33,513 bases of DNA from assembly GCA_024225875.1 (NCBI GenBank), contig JAAEMD010000004.1:1-33513 (forward strand), read 5' to 3'. The notes beneath the pieces were generated by a model, which saw nothing but the letters and a program-made list of their open reading frames with translations, ran no database searches and was not told where the DNA came from. How positions within the stretch are numbered: the stretch's first letter is position 1; each line of letters starts with the position of its first letter. This DNA comes from a bacterium (GTDB lineage Bacteria; Margulisbacteria; Marinamargulisbacteria; JAAEMD01). The translations under genes were made by a program, and so were the position numbers. Below, one piece after another: positions 1 through 9,574 of this stretch.

Positions 1-572
1 AAAGTCTAACTGCTCGTGGACTATCTGGTGTTAAGTACATTGTGTCAGATGATCACGAAGGGTTGAAATCCGCCTTAGAGTCAGTCTTTCCAAATGTGAT
101 TTGGAATCGATGCCACACTCATTTAGCTCGTAATGCTCAACCCTGTGTGAGTCGAAAAATTAACAAGGCAGATGTGGCTTCAGATATCCGTGATATCCTT
201 CAGGCTGCAGATCAAGAAACTGCACAGTTTCTTCTCAACCGATTTATTGAGACTTGGCAAAAAACTGAACCAAAACTGGTGGAATGGGCTGAACTCAATA
301 TCCCAGAAGGATTCAATGTGTTTAACTTGCCAAAAGCCATTCAAAAACGGCTTAGAACAACGAACCTTATTGAACGAATGAATCAAGAGCTTAAACGACG
401 CTCACGCGTCGTTCGCATCTTTCCAAATGAGGCATCTTGTCTCCGGCTCTTATCTGCTGTTGCTCTCGAAATTCACGAAGACTGGTTAACTGAAAGGAGG
501 TGTTTTTCTGATGACTATTTAATCATTTCTGAAACTATTGGAAATAGAAATTACAGAAAGAAGGTTGCTTAA
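1..572 (+). mobile_element. IS256-family (Mutator-type DDE) transposase, 5'-truncated by the window edge
   Basis: Frame is open from nt 3 (SLTARGLSGVKYIVSDDHEGL..FP..WNRCHTH..RN) and has RTTNLIERMNQELKRR..V.RIFPNE.SCLRL, hallmark IS256 motifs. The ORF-track start at 42 is internal. Confidence 0.92.
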
Positions 573-574
573 TC
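549..574 (+). repeat. Probable right terminal inverted repeat of the IS256 element
   Basis: AATTACAGAAAGAAGGTTGCTTAATC overlaps the transposase stop and resembles IS256-type right ends. The left partner lies outside the window. Confidence 0.55.
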
Positions 575-671
575 ATGTGACTATGTTACACTATATTTTG
601 AGATGAAAACAGTATTATGTTTTGGTAAATTTGAGAGTATAGAAAAACGAGGGTTTTAAGAAACTAAAGCT

Positions 672-1187
672 ATGATAGAACATGCCATGTTAACAACAAT
701 AATATCTTCGGGTGTTTTAGTAGCTATCGTTACATCTTGTTGTTCGATCATTATATCCATAAGAAATGAAAAATTTAAAAAAAATAGCTCAATCAACGAA
801 TTTCGGTATAAGAAATTATTTGATTTGAATTATGAATTACATAGCTTGCCGCCTATTGATTACACACTGGGAAAAGAAAAAAATGGAAAATTCGAGCAAA
901 CTAAAGACAAGGTAAGCAATGTAGTTAAGAAAGATACTGAAAAATTTTTTAAAATTAAAGATATTTTTAATAAATCCACCCCTTTGCTTGACAAACCCTT
1001 AATTGATGAGTTGCTACCTTTAATAAAGCAAGAAGAAGATTTAAGCCATGTACTAGTAAAACGTATTTATACCACAGATTTAGATCCTCCAGGTTCACTA
1101 AAAGAACTTTTTGAGGCAAGAAATATATTTAAAGAGACTTTTAGTGCTTCAATTATAACTCAACTTAGAAAACTTGTTTTGGAATAA
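672..1187 (+). CDS. Hypothetical protein with an N-terminal hydrophobic/TM segment (island cargo)
   Basis: 171-aa ORF; hydrophobic residues ~6-30 followed by a basic stretch; very AT-rich; no recognisable motif. Confidence 0.7.
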   Translation: MIEHAMLTTIISSGVLVAIVTSCCSIIISIRNEKFKKNSSINEFRYKKLFDLNYELHSLPPIDYTLGKEKNGKFEQTKDKVSNVVKKDTEKFFKIKDIFNKSTPLLDKPLIDELLPLIKQEEDLSHVLVKRIYTTDLDPPGSLKELFEARNIFKETFSASIITQLRKLVLE

Positions 1188-1190
1188 ATA

Positions 1191-1394
1191 GCTCTGTGAC
1201 ATAATTTTTCAGTTGATTTAAACATAATAATGAATGGGGTAAACCTTAAAACCGTTCAAGAATTCTTAGGCCATGCCTCAATTGAAATCACCTCAGATTA
1301 CTACAGTCATCTATGCCCTTCTTTCAAACAAAATGAGGTAGATAAACTAAACTATAAGCTTTCTGGCATTGAAACAACCAATCTACTTACTTAA
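1191..1394 (+). pseudogene. Tyrosine recombinase/integrase C-terminal remnant
   Basis: Hand translation: AL*HNFSVDLNIIMNGVNLKTVQEFLGHASIEITSDYYSHL...NLLT*. Matches integrase box II (LRH...G..L..VQ..LGH..I..T..Y.H), with TGA at 1197-1199 where the catalytic Arg is expected. Confidence 0.85.
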
Positions 1395-1445
1395 TAACAT
1401 TCTTTCATCTTAAATCTATGGATAACATTTTTTCAATTAGCATGT

Positions 1446-1503
1446 TTTTATTTGCTTTTATTTGCGTCCGCTAACCACAAGTTTCTTAGACATTTCTTAG
1501 ACA
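1446..1503. repeat. Two tandem direct-repeat pairs (TTTTATTTGC x2; TTTCTTAGACA x2), att arm-site-like
   Basis: Perfect pairs at 1446-1455/1456-1465 and 1482-1492/1493-1503, between the integrase remnant and the tRNA 3' end. Confidence 0.6.
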
Positions 1504-1560
1504 CTTTTGTTGTTAAGCGTTTCAGTACTACCTTTTCCTGTTATTTCAAAGCTAAAAAAA

Positions 1561-1637
1561 TGGTACCCCCGACAGGATTCGAACCTGAGACCTTCGGATT
1601 AGGAATCCGACGCTCTATCCTACTGAGCTACGGGGGC
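1561..1637 (-). tRNA. tRNA-Arg (anticodon CCT)
   Basis: Reverse complement GCCCCCGTAGCTCAGTAGGATAGAGCG-TCGGA-TTCCTAA-TCCGA-AGGTCTCAGGTTCGAATCCTGTCGGGGGTACCA: cloverleaf, TTCGAATC T-loop, encoded CCA. Confidence 0.97.
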
Positions 1638-1672
1638 AAATTATTGTATTTGATATGTTAAGCGAACAAACA

Positions 1673-1707
1673 TTGATTATTATGTATCCAGCAGGCATAA
1701 TAATCAA
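1673..1707. promoter_or_regulatory. Perfect 12-bp inverted repeat forming a candidate bidirectional sigma70 promoter or operator
   Basis: TTGATTATTATG-N11-CATAATAATCAA; gives TTGATT-N17-CATAAT on both strands, between the divergent tRNA and exonuclease genes. Confidence 0.55.
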
Positions 1708-1709
1708 CC

Positions 1710-3131
1710 ATGTTTATATTTTATGACTTTGAAACATCCTCCAAAGAACTTTTAGGCCAGATTCTTACTTATGCCTTTCTGGTAGTCGACAGTCACTTCA
1801 ATATTATTGACGAAATGACAGGCAAAATAAAACTCAACAGAACTCAACTACCGGATATAGAAGCTATTCTCACAAATAAACTTAATGTACTGGATCTACA
1901 AAAAGAAGGAGATCCTGAAAATATAGCTGCAATAAAAATAAGCCGGTTCCTCAGCAAACAAGTCGATAAATATCACCAGGTTAAATTAACTGGTTACAAC
2001 TCAAATAATTTTGATCTTGCATTTTTAAGGAACCTGCTTATAAGATATGGTATCAATCCATACTTTGAAGGCAGATTATCCAGTATAGATATACTGCACT
2101 ATGTCCAGCACCTTGCTTTTGAAAACCCCGATAAATACAGATGGTCTTTAGCACTGAATAAAAATAATCAGCCTTATTATAGTTTTAAACTTGAAAATAC
2201 ACTGCATAAATTCGGACTGCTGGATAAAAAACAATCGCACGAAGCAAGGGAAGATGTCATCTCTACAATTAAGCTTGTAAGAAAGCTTCAGGATGAATTT
2301 AACTTACCTCTAAACAAATTCAAGCCGATCCATATCCCCCATAATTTTGAATGCCATGATAGTATGGAGGTCGCTAAACAAAAGACCCCTGATTATAACA
2401 GTAATGAAGCTGGCCTTAGTAAATTCATCTATACTTACTGGCTGAAAATACAGTCCTCTCCTAAAAATAAACTTGTAGTAAACCTGGCAAGATATCAAGA
2501 ACTGACATCATCAGACTTCTCACTTATGGGAACTGGTGATAATGCTAAATATCTTCGTTATATAAACCATAATAAACATTTTTTTATCCTGGAACCATTA
2601 AATAAAAGTGAAAGAACAAAGTGGCAGCCTGTTATTGAAAAATGCAAAAATGATCCTTTCCTGCAAAGTTTAAATATGGAAAAATACTTTACACTCATAA
2701 AAAAAGAATGGGACATTGAATATCAAATCCATGAGCTTGGGTTTCAAAAAATAAAAGATCTTCATTATTTGATAAATAAACTCTTAACTTATCCGGAAAA
2801 CTATAATGACACCCTGAAAATATTATTAAATAGTAGAAAAGATAAAAAAGACAATTATCTTATTCAGCTGTATAACCGGGTATATTTAAACTATCATCCT
2901 GATCCAAGGCCAGAATACCTCTATAAATATATTGAACCCAGATACATAACTGGTACTATGACAAAAAATCCGGATGATTTTGTTCCACTAAAGCAAAGGT
3001 TAGAGAAAATGACTTTAATATTAAAGTCCGATGAGTACTCAAAAGAAGACAGGGTATTAATCAAAAGCTTAAAAGACTATTATCTTAACTTTTTAAAACA
3101 TAACCATCTTCAGTCTTTTTCTACTGACTGA
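1710..3131 (+). CDS. DEDDh 3'-5' exonuclease, exodeoxyribonuclease I (SbcB)-like
   Basis: FIFYDFET (Exo I), GYNSNNFD (Exo II), SFKLE, SHEAREDV (Exo III); 473 aa, similar in length to ExoI; divergent C-terminal half. Confidence 0.8.
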   Translation: MFIFYDFETSSKELLGQILTYAFLVVDSHFNIIDEMTGKIKLNRTQLPDIEAILTNKLNVLDLQKEGDPENIAAIKISRFLSKQVDKYHQVKLTGYNSNNFDLAFLRNLLIRYGINPYFEGRLSSIDILHYVQHLAFENPDKYRWSLALNKNNQPYYSFKLENTLHKFGLLDKKQSHEAREDVISTIKLVRKLQDEFNLPLNKFKPIHIPHNFECHDSMEVAKQKTPDYNSNEAGLSKFIYTYWLKIQSSPKNKLVVNLARYQELTSSDFSLMGTGDNAKYLRYINHNKHFFILEPLNKSERTKWQPVIEKCKNDPFLQSLNMEKYFTLIKKEWDIEYQIHELGFQKIKDLHYLINKLLTYPENYNDTLKILLNSRKDKKDNYLIQLYNRVYLNYHPDPRPEYLYKYIEPRYITGTMTKNPDDFVPLKQRLEKMTLILKSDEYSKEDRVLIKSLKDYYLNFLKHNHLQSFSTD

Positions 3132-3222
3132 TAATCCATAAAGACAGGATAACAAATCATAACAAACAAGCTGCTGCATGACAGATAAAGGATATGATAA
3201 ATATATCTGAGTATTTACGTAA

Positions 3223-4335
3223 TTAAAAAGTACTTTTTATTCTATCATAAATGTTTTCTGACCGTTTAGAATCACCTCGCACCTTACTAAACTCTTTAAT
3301 CAGCTCTTTTTCCTTTGAAGAAAGGTTGCCAGGAATAGTAACCTTTACCTTGACATACTGATCCCCTTTGCCAAAGCCCCGCAAATGTGGGATACCCTTA
3401 CCTTTTAACCTGAAAACAGTATCCGGCTGTGTACCGGGTGGTATTTTCAGCACAGCTTTGCTGTCAAGAGTCGGAACCTCTATTTCCGTACCAAGAACTA
3501 CCTGACTAAACGGAACTTCCGCCTCTATATGTATATTATCTTCTTCCCTTTTAAAATATCGATGATATTTAACTTTAATAAATACATACAAATCTCCAGG
3601 AGATCCTCCATTAGCGCCATAATTACCTTCCCCGCTTACTCTTAGTTTAACCCCATTATCAATCCCGGCAGGGATATCAACTTTTATCTTTTTTTTCTTT
3701 TTCTCCAGGCCCTTACCATAACAGTTACGACATTGTTTTTCTATTACCTGTCCGGCACCGCCACATTTAGTGCAGGTAGAAACCTGTGAAATACTGCCAA
3801 GAATTGTTCTTTGTATAATCTTTATCTGACCTGTTCCATGACAATTAGAACAGGTTGTTTTTGAGGTACCCTTTTCCGCACCACTGCCTTTACATCCAGA
3901 GCATTTATCCAGATGATATATATCTATATTTTTAGAGAAGCTCTTTATTGTATCTTCAAGCTTAATTTCAAAATCAAACCGCAGATCCTCTCCTCTAACA
4001 GGACCTGAAGACCGACCTGAAGATCTTCTGCCTGGCCCACCAAAAAAAGATTCAAAAATATCTTCAAATCCATCAAAACCGCCAAAGCCACCAAAACCGT
4101 CGCCACCTCCTCCCGGAGCATCATCGGTTATTCCAAATTGATCGTATGCAGATTTTTTTTGTGCATTAGAAAGAATATCATACGCCCGCTGAACCGTTTT
4201 AAATTTTTCTTCTGCATCAGCTTCTTTGTTTACATCAGGATGATACTTCCTGGCTAAATTACGATAGGCTTTTTTTATTTCAGCTTCACTTGCATTTCTG
4301 TTTAACCCTAAATTTCCATATAAATCTTCAGACAT
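3223..4335 (-). CDS. dnaJ: Chaperone DnaJ
   Basis: J-domain HPD, G/F-rich region, four CxxCxGxG repeats. Confidence 0.98.
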   Translation of the reverse strand: MSEDLYGNLGLNRNASEAEIKKAYRNLARKYHPDVNKEADAEEKFKTVQRAYDILSNAQKKSAYDQFGITDDAPGGGGDGFGGFGGFDGFEDIFESFFGGPGRRSSGRSSGPVRGEDLRFDFEIKLEDTIKSFSKNIDIYHLDKCSGCKGSGAEKGTSKTTCSNCHGTGQIKIIQRTILGSISQVSTCTKCGGAGQVIEKQCRNCYGKGLEKKKKKIKVDIPAGIDNGVKLRVSGEGNYGANGGSPGDLYVFIKVKYHRYFKREEDNIHIEAEVPFSQVVLGTEIEVPTLDSKAVLKIPPGTQPDTVFRLKGKGIPHLRGFGKGDQYVKVKVTIPGNLSSKEKELIKEFSKVRGDSKRSENIYDRIKSTF

Positions 4336-4353
4336 TTATCCTCTTCCCAAATA

Positions 4354-4379
4354 AGAAGCTGCTTAAAAAAGCAGCTTCT
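4354..4379 (-). terminator. Stem-loop between dnaK and dnaJ (partial terminator or mRNA stabiliser)
   Basis: AGAAGCTGCTT-AAAA-AAGCAGCTTCT perfect 11-bp stem, followed by TATTT on the minus strand. Confidence 0.65.
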
Positions 4380-4393
4380 CTATATTATAGATA

Positions 4394-6313
4394 TTATTTT
4401 TTTTCTTTGACTTCAGTATATTCTGCGTCTACTACATTATCATCTGCCCTGCTGTTACTTTCCCCCTGCTCTTCTCCTGCCTGCTGTTCCGTACTTTGAG
4501 CAGCTTCCGATGCTCCTGCATTTTTGTATAGTTCTTCTGACATTTTATATACATCCTGCTGAAGTTTTTCTGTAGCAGCTTTCATTTTTTCTGTATCATT
4601 CGATTCAACAGCTTTTTTGAGATCGTCAACACCTGTTTCCAGTGTCTTTTTTGCTTCCTCATTTATTTTATCAGCATTTTCCTTTATCTGCTTTTCAGTT
4701 GAATAAATCAGAGCATCTGCCTGATTTTTTGTTTCGATCTCTTCTTTTTTCTTTTTATCCTCTTCAGCATGGGCATCCGCATCATTTTTCATCTTTTCAA
4801 TATCTTCGTCAGACAAGCCGGAAGAAGCAGTTATTGTTATCTTTTGTTCTTTGCCAGTACCTTTATCTCTGGCTTTTACATTAAGTATACCATTAGCATC
4901 AATATCAAAAGAAACCTCAATCTGAGGAACACCTCTTGGAGCAGATGGAATGCCTTCCAGAATAAACCTGCCTAAAGTTCTGTTATTAGCTGCCATTTCA
5001 CGTTCACCCTGTAAAACATGTATATCTACACTGGTCTGCCCATCAGCCGCAGTTGAAAAAACCTGACTTTTAGACGTTGGAATAGTAGTATTACGCTCAA
5101 TTAATTTAGTGCATACACCGCCAAGAGTCTCTATACCCAGAGACAGAGGCGTAACATCAAGTAATACAACATCTTTAACATCTCCGGAAAGAACACCTCC
5201 CTGTATAGCTGCCCCTAAAGCAACAACCTCATCAGGATTAACACCCCTGTTTGGTTCTTTACCAAAAAACTTTTTAACTTCTTCCTGAATGACAGGTATC
5301 CTGGTTGTTCCACCAACAAGAATTATCTCGTTAATATCATCTTTAGTTAAGCCGGCATCTTTCAGCGCTTTTTCACAAGGCTCTAACGAACGTCTGACCA
5401 TACCATCGATCATCTGCTCAAATTTTGCTCTGCTCAGTTGTATATTAAGGTGCTTTGGCCCGGAACTATCTGCTGTAACAAATGGCAGATTAATATCGGT
5501 AGTAGTAGTTGATGATAATTCAATTTTTGCTTTTTCAGCTCCCTCTTTTAAACGCTGAAGAGCTATCACATCCCTGCTTAAATCTATCCCCTGGTCTTTT
5601 TTAAACTCTGCCGTAAGCCACTCAATAATTATCTCATCAATATCATCTCCACCAAGATGAGTGTCCCCATTAGTAGATTTAACTTCAAAAACCCCATCCC
5701 CTATTTCCAGAATAGATATATCAAAAGTACCTCCACCAAAATCATAAACAGCTATTTTCTGATCATTCTTTTTATCCATTCCATAAGCTAAAGCTGCAGC
5801 TGTAGGTTCGTTAATAATCCTTAATACTTCCAGGCCAGCTATTTCCCCGGCATCTTTGGTAGCTTTTCTCTGGCTGTCATTAAAATAAGCAGGAACTGTT
5901 ATAACTGCCTGTTTAATTTCTTCTCCAACATAAGATTCAGCATCATTTTTAATTTTCTGGAGAATCATTGCCGAAATTTCAGGCGGAGTATACTCCTTGT
6001 CCTGAGCTTTAACAACAATAACACCATCACTTCGCTCATCTACTTTATATGAAACTATCTTCTCTTCTGCTTCTACTTCAGAATGGTTGCGGCCCATAAA
6101 TCTTTTTATTGAATAAACTGTGTTCTGAGGGTTTGTTACCGCCTGCCTTTTTGCCGGTTGACCAACAAGTCTCTCCGCATCTTTTGTGAATGCTACAACA
6201 GATGGCGTTGTCCTGGTACCTTCAGCATTAGTTATAATTGAAGGGTCCTTTCCTTCCATAACAGCAAAACATGAGTTTGTTGTACCCAAATCAATTCCTA
6301 AAATTTTACCCAT
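4394..6313 (-). CDS. dnaK: Chaperone DnaK (Hsp70)
   Basis: [33 protein letters not shown]-terminal DAEYTEV. Confidence 0.99.
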   Translation of the reverse strand: MGKILGIDLGTTNSCFAVMEGKDPSIITNAEGTRTTPSVVAFTKDAERLVGQPAKRQAVTNPQNTVYSIKRFMGRNHSEVEAEEKIVSYKVDERSDGVIVVKAQDKEYTPPEISAMILQKIKNDAESYVGEEIKQAVITVPAYFNDSQRKATKDAGEIAGLEVLRIINEPTAAALAYGMDKKNDQKIAVYDFGGGTFDISILEIGDGVFEVKSTNGDTHLGGDDIDEIIIEWLTAEFKKDQGIDLSRDVIALQRLKEGAEKAKIELSSTTTTDINLPFVTADSSGPKHLNIQLSRAKFEQMIDGMVRRSLEPCEKALKDAGLTKDDINEIILVGGTTRIPVIQEEVKKFFGKEPNRGVNPDEVVALGAAIQGGVLSGDVKDVVLLDVTPLSLGIETLGGVCTKLIERNTTIPTSKSQVFSTAADGQTSVDIHVLQGEREMAANNRTLGRFILEGIPSAPRGVPQIEVSFDIDANGILNVKARDKGTGKEQKITITASSGLSDEDIEKMKNDADAHAEEDKKKKEEIETKNQADALIYSTEKQIKENADKINEEAKKTLETGVDDLKKAVESNDTEKMKAATEKLQQDVYKMSEELYKNAGASEAAQSTEQQAGEEQGESNSRADDNVVDAEYTEVKEKK

Positions 6314-6404
6314 AATATTTACTCCTGATTATTTTTATAATTTAATTTTAACTTAACTATATTTTATATATATATTAAACCAAAAATGTTTGATTTAATT
6401 AATA

Positions 6405-6971
6405 TTATTTCGAAACAACAACCATAGCCGGTCTTATTACTTTTTCATGCAGCTTATACCCTTTCTGCATTTCTTTTATAACAGTGTCAGGCTCCACCTC
6501 CTCACTTTCTTCCTGCATAATCGCCTGATGATAATTATGATCGAATTTTTTACCAGTTGACTCTATTTGTGTAATACCTGCCTTATCAAGAACATCATGA
6601 AACTGTTTTTGAATCAGGATAAACCCTTTCATAACTTCCTGAGTTTGAGATTCCGAGTCCTGTGAATGCTCACATGCCCGGTCAAAGCTGTCCAGTACAG
6701 GTAATAACTGCATTATCAGTTCTTCTACAGCATATTTTCTAAACGACTCCAGCTCCTGATTTTTTCTCTTCTTAAAATTTTCAAGTTCAGCAAGGGCTCG
6801 TAAAACTTTTTCATTACTTTCTTCTATAGCGGGCCGAACGTCCTCTTTCTCTTTTTCCAGTTCACAGATCCTTTCTTCCAGTTCTGTTATCTTCTTTTTA
6901 TCTTTATTCTCTGTTGCTCCAGTAGATTTCTTCCTGTTTCTTTTCTTCTTTTTCTCAACTTCCTTAGTCAT
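6405..6971 (-). CDS. grpE: Nucleotide exchange factor GrpE
   Basis: LRALAELENFKKR, LLPVLDSFDRA, QKGYKLHEKVIRPAMVVVS; operon position. Confidence 0.97.
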   Translation of the reverse strand: MTKEVEKKKKRNRKKSTGATENKDKKKITELEERICELEKEKEDVRPAIEESNEKVLRALAELENFKKRKNQELESFRKYAVEELIMQLLPVLDSFDRACEHSQDSESQTQEVMKGFILIQKQFHDVLDKAGITQIESTGKKFDHNYHQAIMQEESEEVEPDTVIKEMQKGYKLHEKVIRPAMVVVSK

Positions 6972-7015
6972 TAAAATCCTCCATAATTATTAACAGTATC
7001 AACTAATCAATTTTC

Positions 7016-8041
7016 TTAAGTATTTAAACAAGTATCGACCATTTTAGAAATACTCTTAACCATAGGTACTATAGAAGGATATACCATCCTTTTAGGACCA
7101 AGTATTCCTATAGTACCCACAGGTGTTTTTTCAATTTTATATTGAGCAAGAATAAGGCTGCACTCCTCCAGCCCCTCTACCTTTGTCTCTTCACCTATTA
7201 AAACATTACAGCCCTTATCAGACATATATTCAGAAAGAATGCCAAGTAAAGCCTTGTTTTCTTCTAATAAATAAATGACTTTTTGAGTTAATTCTATATT
7301 TTTAAACTCAGGTAATTTCAACATATTTGAAAGACCGGTTGTGAGAATTTGCCGGCCCTTATTCTTGTTTAATGTCTGTAACCTGCTTATTTCTTTACAC
7401 AATTCTACCAGAATACCTTTAAACTGCGGCAACTCCGTTATTAATTCGGCAATAAGTTCTTTGTCAAACAACTCTAAAGATTTACCACCAAGTTTTTCAG
7501 TTACCAGTTTAGATATTTTATTTAGTTCCTCCTGGGTGACTTTATGTTCTATTCGTAACAAAAACTCCTTGTTTATACCCAGAGAATCCAGAAGAACAAC
7601 AAGTACCTTATTTATATCCATTAAAATTAAATGCGCTACTTTTAAGGTCTCCTGGTAAATATCTTTTTTAAATACTATCGTTGTATAATCAAACATTGAA
7701 GACAGTATATAAGAAATCTGCCGCAAAGAATCATGCACATTTTGTCCTATCACATTCACCTGAGTTAATACACGCCTTTTCTGCTCTTCTGTAGGTTCCT
7801 TATATTTCATTAAAGAGTCAACATAAACCCTGTATCCCTTATCAGTAGGAATTCGTCCAGATGATGAATGCCGCTGTGTTAAATAACCATCATTAACCAG
7901 TTCATTAAGCTCATGACGAATTGTTGCTGACCCGATATTAAACTTCTTATTCTCCGTCAAATACCTGGAACCTACCGGCTGGGCGGTTTCTATATAAGTT
8001 TCTATTGTTGCTTCAAGAATCTCCTGTTTTCTAATATCCAT
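7016..8041 (-). CDS. hrcA: Heat-inducible transcription repressor HrcA
   Basis: YIETAQPVGS, SATIR, HSSSGRIPTDKGYRVYVD, GILGPKRMVY; CIRCE upstream. Confidence 0.97.
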   Translation of the reverse strand: MDIRKQEILEATIETYIETAQPVGSRYLTENKKFNIGSATIRHELNELVNDGYLTQRHSSSGRIPTDKGYRVYVDSLMKYKEPTEEQKRRVLTQVNVIGQNVHDSLRQISYILSSMFDYTTIVFKKDIYQETLKVAHLILMDINKVLVVLLDSLGINKEFLLRIEHKVTQEELNKISKLVTEKLGGKSLELFDKELIAELITELPQFKGILVELCKEISRLQTLNKNKGRQILTTGLSNMLKLPEFKNIELTQKVIYLLEENKALLGILSEYMSDKGCNVLIGEETKVEGLEECSLILAQYKIEKTPVGTIGILGPKRMVYPSIVPMVKSISKMVDTCLNT

Positions 8042-8073
8042 AATTAAATTATTAACCTGTTAAAAATAAATTA

Positions 8074-8100
8074 TTAGCACTCTGTTGCAGCGAGTGCTAA
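8074..8100. promoter_or_regulatory. CIRCE operator (HrcA binding site)
   Basis: Exact consensus TTAGCACTC-N9(TGTTGCAGC)-GAGTGCTAA just upstream of hrcA. Confidence 0.97.
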
Positions 8101-8109
8101 AGAGCGCCT

Positions 8110-8139
8110 AGGATACCCTTAAAATGAACATAATGTCAA
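8110..8139 (-). promoter_or_regulatory. Putative sigma70 promoter of the hrcA operon
   Basis: Minus strand TTGACA-N18-TATCCT immediately upstream of CIRCE. Confidence 0.6.
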
Positions 8140-8154
8140 TATAGTTTTATACTA

Positions 8155-8223
8155 TACAGCTGGTACAAATTGAAATGTCCGTTTAACTTTAAGTGTCGGA
8201 CATTTTACTTTGGAACAGCTATA
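8155..8223 (+). repeat. Palindromic MITE-like element, copy 1a (internally deleted)
   Basis: Both ~27-bp terminal inverted repeats present; central ~48 bp missing compared with full copies. Confidence 0.85.
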
Positions 8224-8337
8224 TAGCCGATCCGAAATGAAATGTCCGTTTAAATGACTGAGTGCTGTGTACTGACGTACATAAACGAAGTCATTTGAAA
8301 ACTTTAGTGTCGGACATTTTACTTTGGAACAGCTATA
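8222..8337 (+). repeat. Palindromic MITE-like element, copy 1b (full length, 116 bp)
   Basis: TATAGCCG...GTACTGACGTAC...GGAACAGCTATA; shares the TA at 8222-8223 with copy 1a. Confidence 0.9.
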
Positions 8338-8414
8338 GCTCAAAGATAACTGTTTCTTGAGATTACAAAACATGTTATCTTTATTGACTTTATTAAAGGA
8401 GGGAAAGGAGCAGG

Positions 8415-9377
8415 ATGTTAAATACTGGAGTTATCGGCCTTGGTAATATGGGGCGGCACCATGTTAGATTATACAGCGAAAATAAAAGAGTTAATTTAGT
8501 TTGCGTTTGCGATATTCATCAGGACATCTTAAATAAATTCACTTCTAATTATTCATGCCGGGGTTACTTAAACCTCGATGATATGTTAAATAATGAAGAA
8601 CTTGACGCAGTAACCATAACCTCACCAACCTCATTACACTACGAAATTGCTAAAAAAATCATCCAGAAAGGCATCCATGTTCTTATTGAAAAACCAGTTA
8701 CAGATACAACCGAAAGAGCTAACGAGTTAATAGATCTTGCAAAAAAACATAATGTGATAATTATGGTCGGTCATATAGAACGTTTTAACCCGGCTGTTAC
8801 AGCTCTTAAAAAACTAATCGATGAAGGTCAGGCAGGCAGGATCATTTCCCTTTCTTCCCGCAGGCTTGGAACCTTTCCTAATCAAATAAAAGATGCCAGT
8901 GTTATTATTGATCTGGCAGTACATGATATTGATATCTGTTCTTACTTACTGGATAAAGAACCTGTAAAAGTATATGCCCATAAAGTTAAGGCTCTTATTG
9001 ACAGTAGAGAAGACCATGCAGAACTTTTTCTTACTTATGACAATGAAAGCGCTTTTATTCAAGTTAACTGGATAACCCCCATAAAGATAAGGACCCTTGC
9101 AGTAACAGGAACCAGAGGCTATGTAGAGCTGGATTATCTAACAAAAAAATTAACTTTATATAAGAGTAATTACTCCAGAAGCAAAGATATAAACGGAGAA
9201 ACTGTTATAAATTTTAAAGATACTGAAAAAGTTGATATACCTGTTCAAAACATCGATCAGCTGACAGTAGAAATAGACCATTTTGTTACCTGTATCAAAG
9301 AAAACAGGCCGCCTCTAATAGACGGTGAAGCAGGAAAGAAAGCTCTGGAAACAGCACTTAATGTTCTTAATCAATAA
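8415..9377 (+). CDS. Gfo/Idh/MocA family oxidoreductase (possibly WbpB/WlbA-like UDP-sugar 3-dehydrogenase)
   Basis: GVIGLGNMG, HVLIEKP, VGHIERFNPA, DLAVHDID; SD upstream. Confidence 0.88.
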   Translation: MLNTGVIGLGNMGRHHVRLYSENKRVNLVCVCDIHQDILNKFTSNYSCRGYLNLDDMLNNEELDAVTITSPTSLHYEIAKKIIQKGIHVLIEKPVTDTTERANELIDLAKKHNVIIMVGHIERFNPAVTALKKLIDEGQAGRIISLSSRRLGTFPNQIKDASVIIDLAVHDIDICSYLLDKEPVKVYAHKVKALIDSREDHAELFLTYDNESAFIQVNWITPIKIRTLAVTGTRGYVELDYLTKKLTLYKSNYSRSKDINGETVINFKDTEKVDIPVQNIDQLTVEIDHFVTCIKENRPPLIDGEAGKKALETALNVLNQ

Positions 9378-9458
9378 AGAATGATTTAATTAATTTCCTT
9401 AACTGTATCAGGAAAAAATTCAGCACTTCAAAAAAAAGTGTTTAATAATAGAAGTTAC

Positions 9459-9574
9459 TATAGCTGGTACAAATTGAACTGTCCGTTTAAATGGGAAAGT
9501 GCAGTGTACTGGCGTACATTAAAGAAGTCATTTGAAAACTTTAGTGTCGGACATTTTACTGTGGAACAGCTATA
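9459..9574 (+). repeat. Palindromic MITE-like element, copy 2 (116 bp)
   Basis: TATAGCTGGTACAAATTGAACTGTCCG...CGGACATTTTACTGTGGAACAGCTATA. Confidence 0.9.

Noticed and set aside
1452-1661. 69-aa + strand ORF
   Set aside because: It is the antisense reading of tRNA-Arg (MVPPTGFEP...LSYGG is a typical tRNA shadow).
8155-8337. Possible CRISPR array
   Set aside because: Only two long palindromic units, no unique spacers, no cas genes, and the other copies are dispersed.
8152-8373. 73-aa minus-strand ORF with an internal duplication (YSCSKVKCPTLK x2)
   Set aside because: Almost entirely made of the two repeat copies; no SD or protein motif.
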